Below are positions 63,591 to 64,000 of a DNA stretch of 64,000 nucleotides, in pieces. The translations under genes were made by a program, and so were the position numbers. Source of the stretch: Ginglymostoma cirratum (Eukaryota); assembly GCA_024137785.1 (NCBI GenBank), contig JAHRHZ010000133.1:67070245-67134244 (forward strand), read 5' to 3'. Below the pieces are notes generated by a model. It was given only the letters and a program-made list of their open reading frames with translations, made no database searches and was not told where the DNA came from. How positions within the stretch are numbered: position 1 is the first letter of the stretch; every line of letters begins with the position of its first letter.

Positions 63591-64000
63591 AGCTCACATG
63601 AGAGTAGTTGGAATGACCAATGACACATTGAAGAATTAGGTAACTTTCCTTTATTCCCTTTCTCTCGAGCGTGTGATGGATTTTTGCCACATACAGTTTC
63701 ACAGCTACATCTTTGAGTCCTTTGGATCACCAGCCAATCAGCGTTTTGCTATACATCTATTTCCGAAAGGAGTGTCAGCAAACCATTCAAACGTGTCAGG
63801 TTTGTGAGCTAACCCAACATCCACGTACGGAGTCATTCTATCAGAAGGTGTACCTGGATGATTAGCAGTTGCAATCCTTTGGGCTAGCTGAAACCATCTG
63901 TAACACCCACTGGCTTCACAAAAATGACCGGAGAGTGAACCAGATCTGCTGCTCTCCTTGCATGGCTACCACATGTAAACTCCTGAAGAGAATCTCTTTA

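Larger units (their letters stand above)
2629..64000 (-). other. BCL11B: BCL11B intronic sequence (more than 61 kb, no recognised upstream coding exon)
   Basis: No ORF resembles the N-terminal NuRD motif or CCHC finger exon. The region is repeat-rich and non-coding. Confidence 0.8.

Overview
Vertebrate genomic DNA, most likely from a shark or other elasmobranch. This is inferred from HE1 V-SINE, SacSINE1-like DeuSINE, HER1/CR1 and Penelope-type repeats. The window holds the 3' end of BCL11B on the minus strand: part of the 3' UTR (1-625), the large terminal coding exon (2628-626, six C2H2 fingers, ending KIEQAERS) and more than 61 kb of upstream intron in which I recognise no further BCL11B exon. 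The intron mixes decayed CR1/L2 LINEs and SINEs with repeat-poor, TAAT-rich blocks that may be conserved enhancers. The most unusual signal is a set of about 10 short Penelope-like insertions, most carrying minimal type-I hammerhead ribozyme motifs. Four TSD-bounded copies start almost exactly at the CUGANGA core. Three others form inverted-arm structures whose inverted arm lacks the last ~35-40 nt tail. One of these is a fully assembled palindrome with 201-bp arms and two complete hammerhead motifs. There is also a candidate 28-nt cassette micro-exon that would truncate BCL11B. Repeat family names come from recall of consensus motifs, not from a search, and boundaries of old repeats are approximate.
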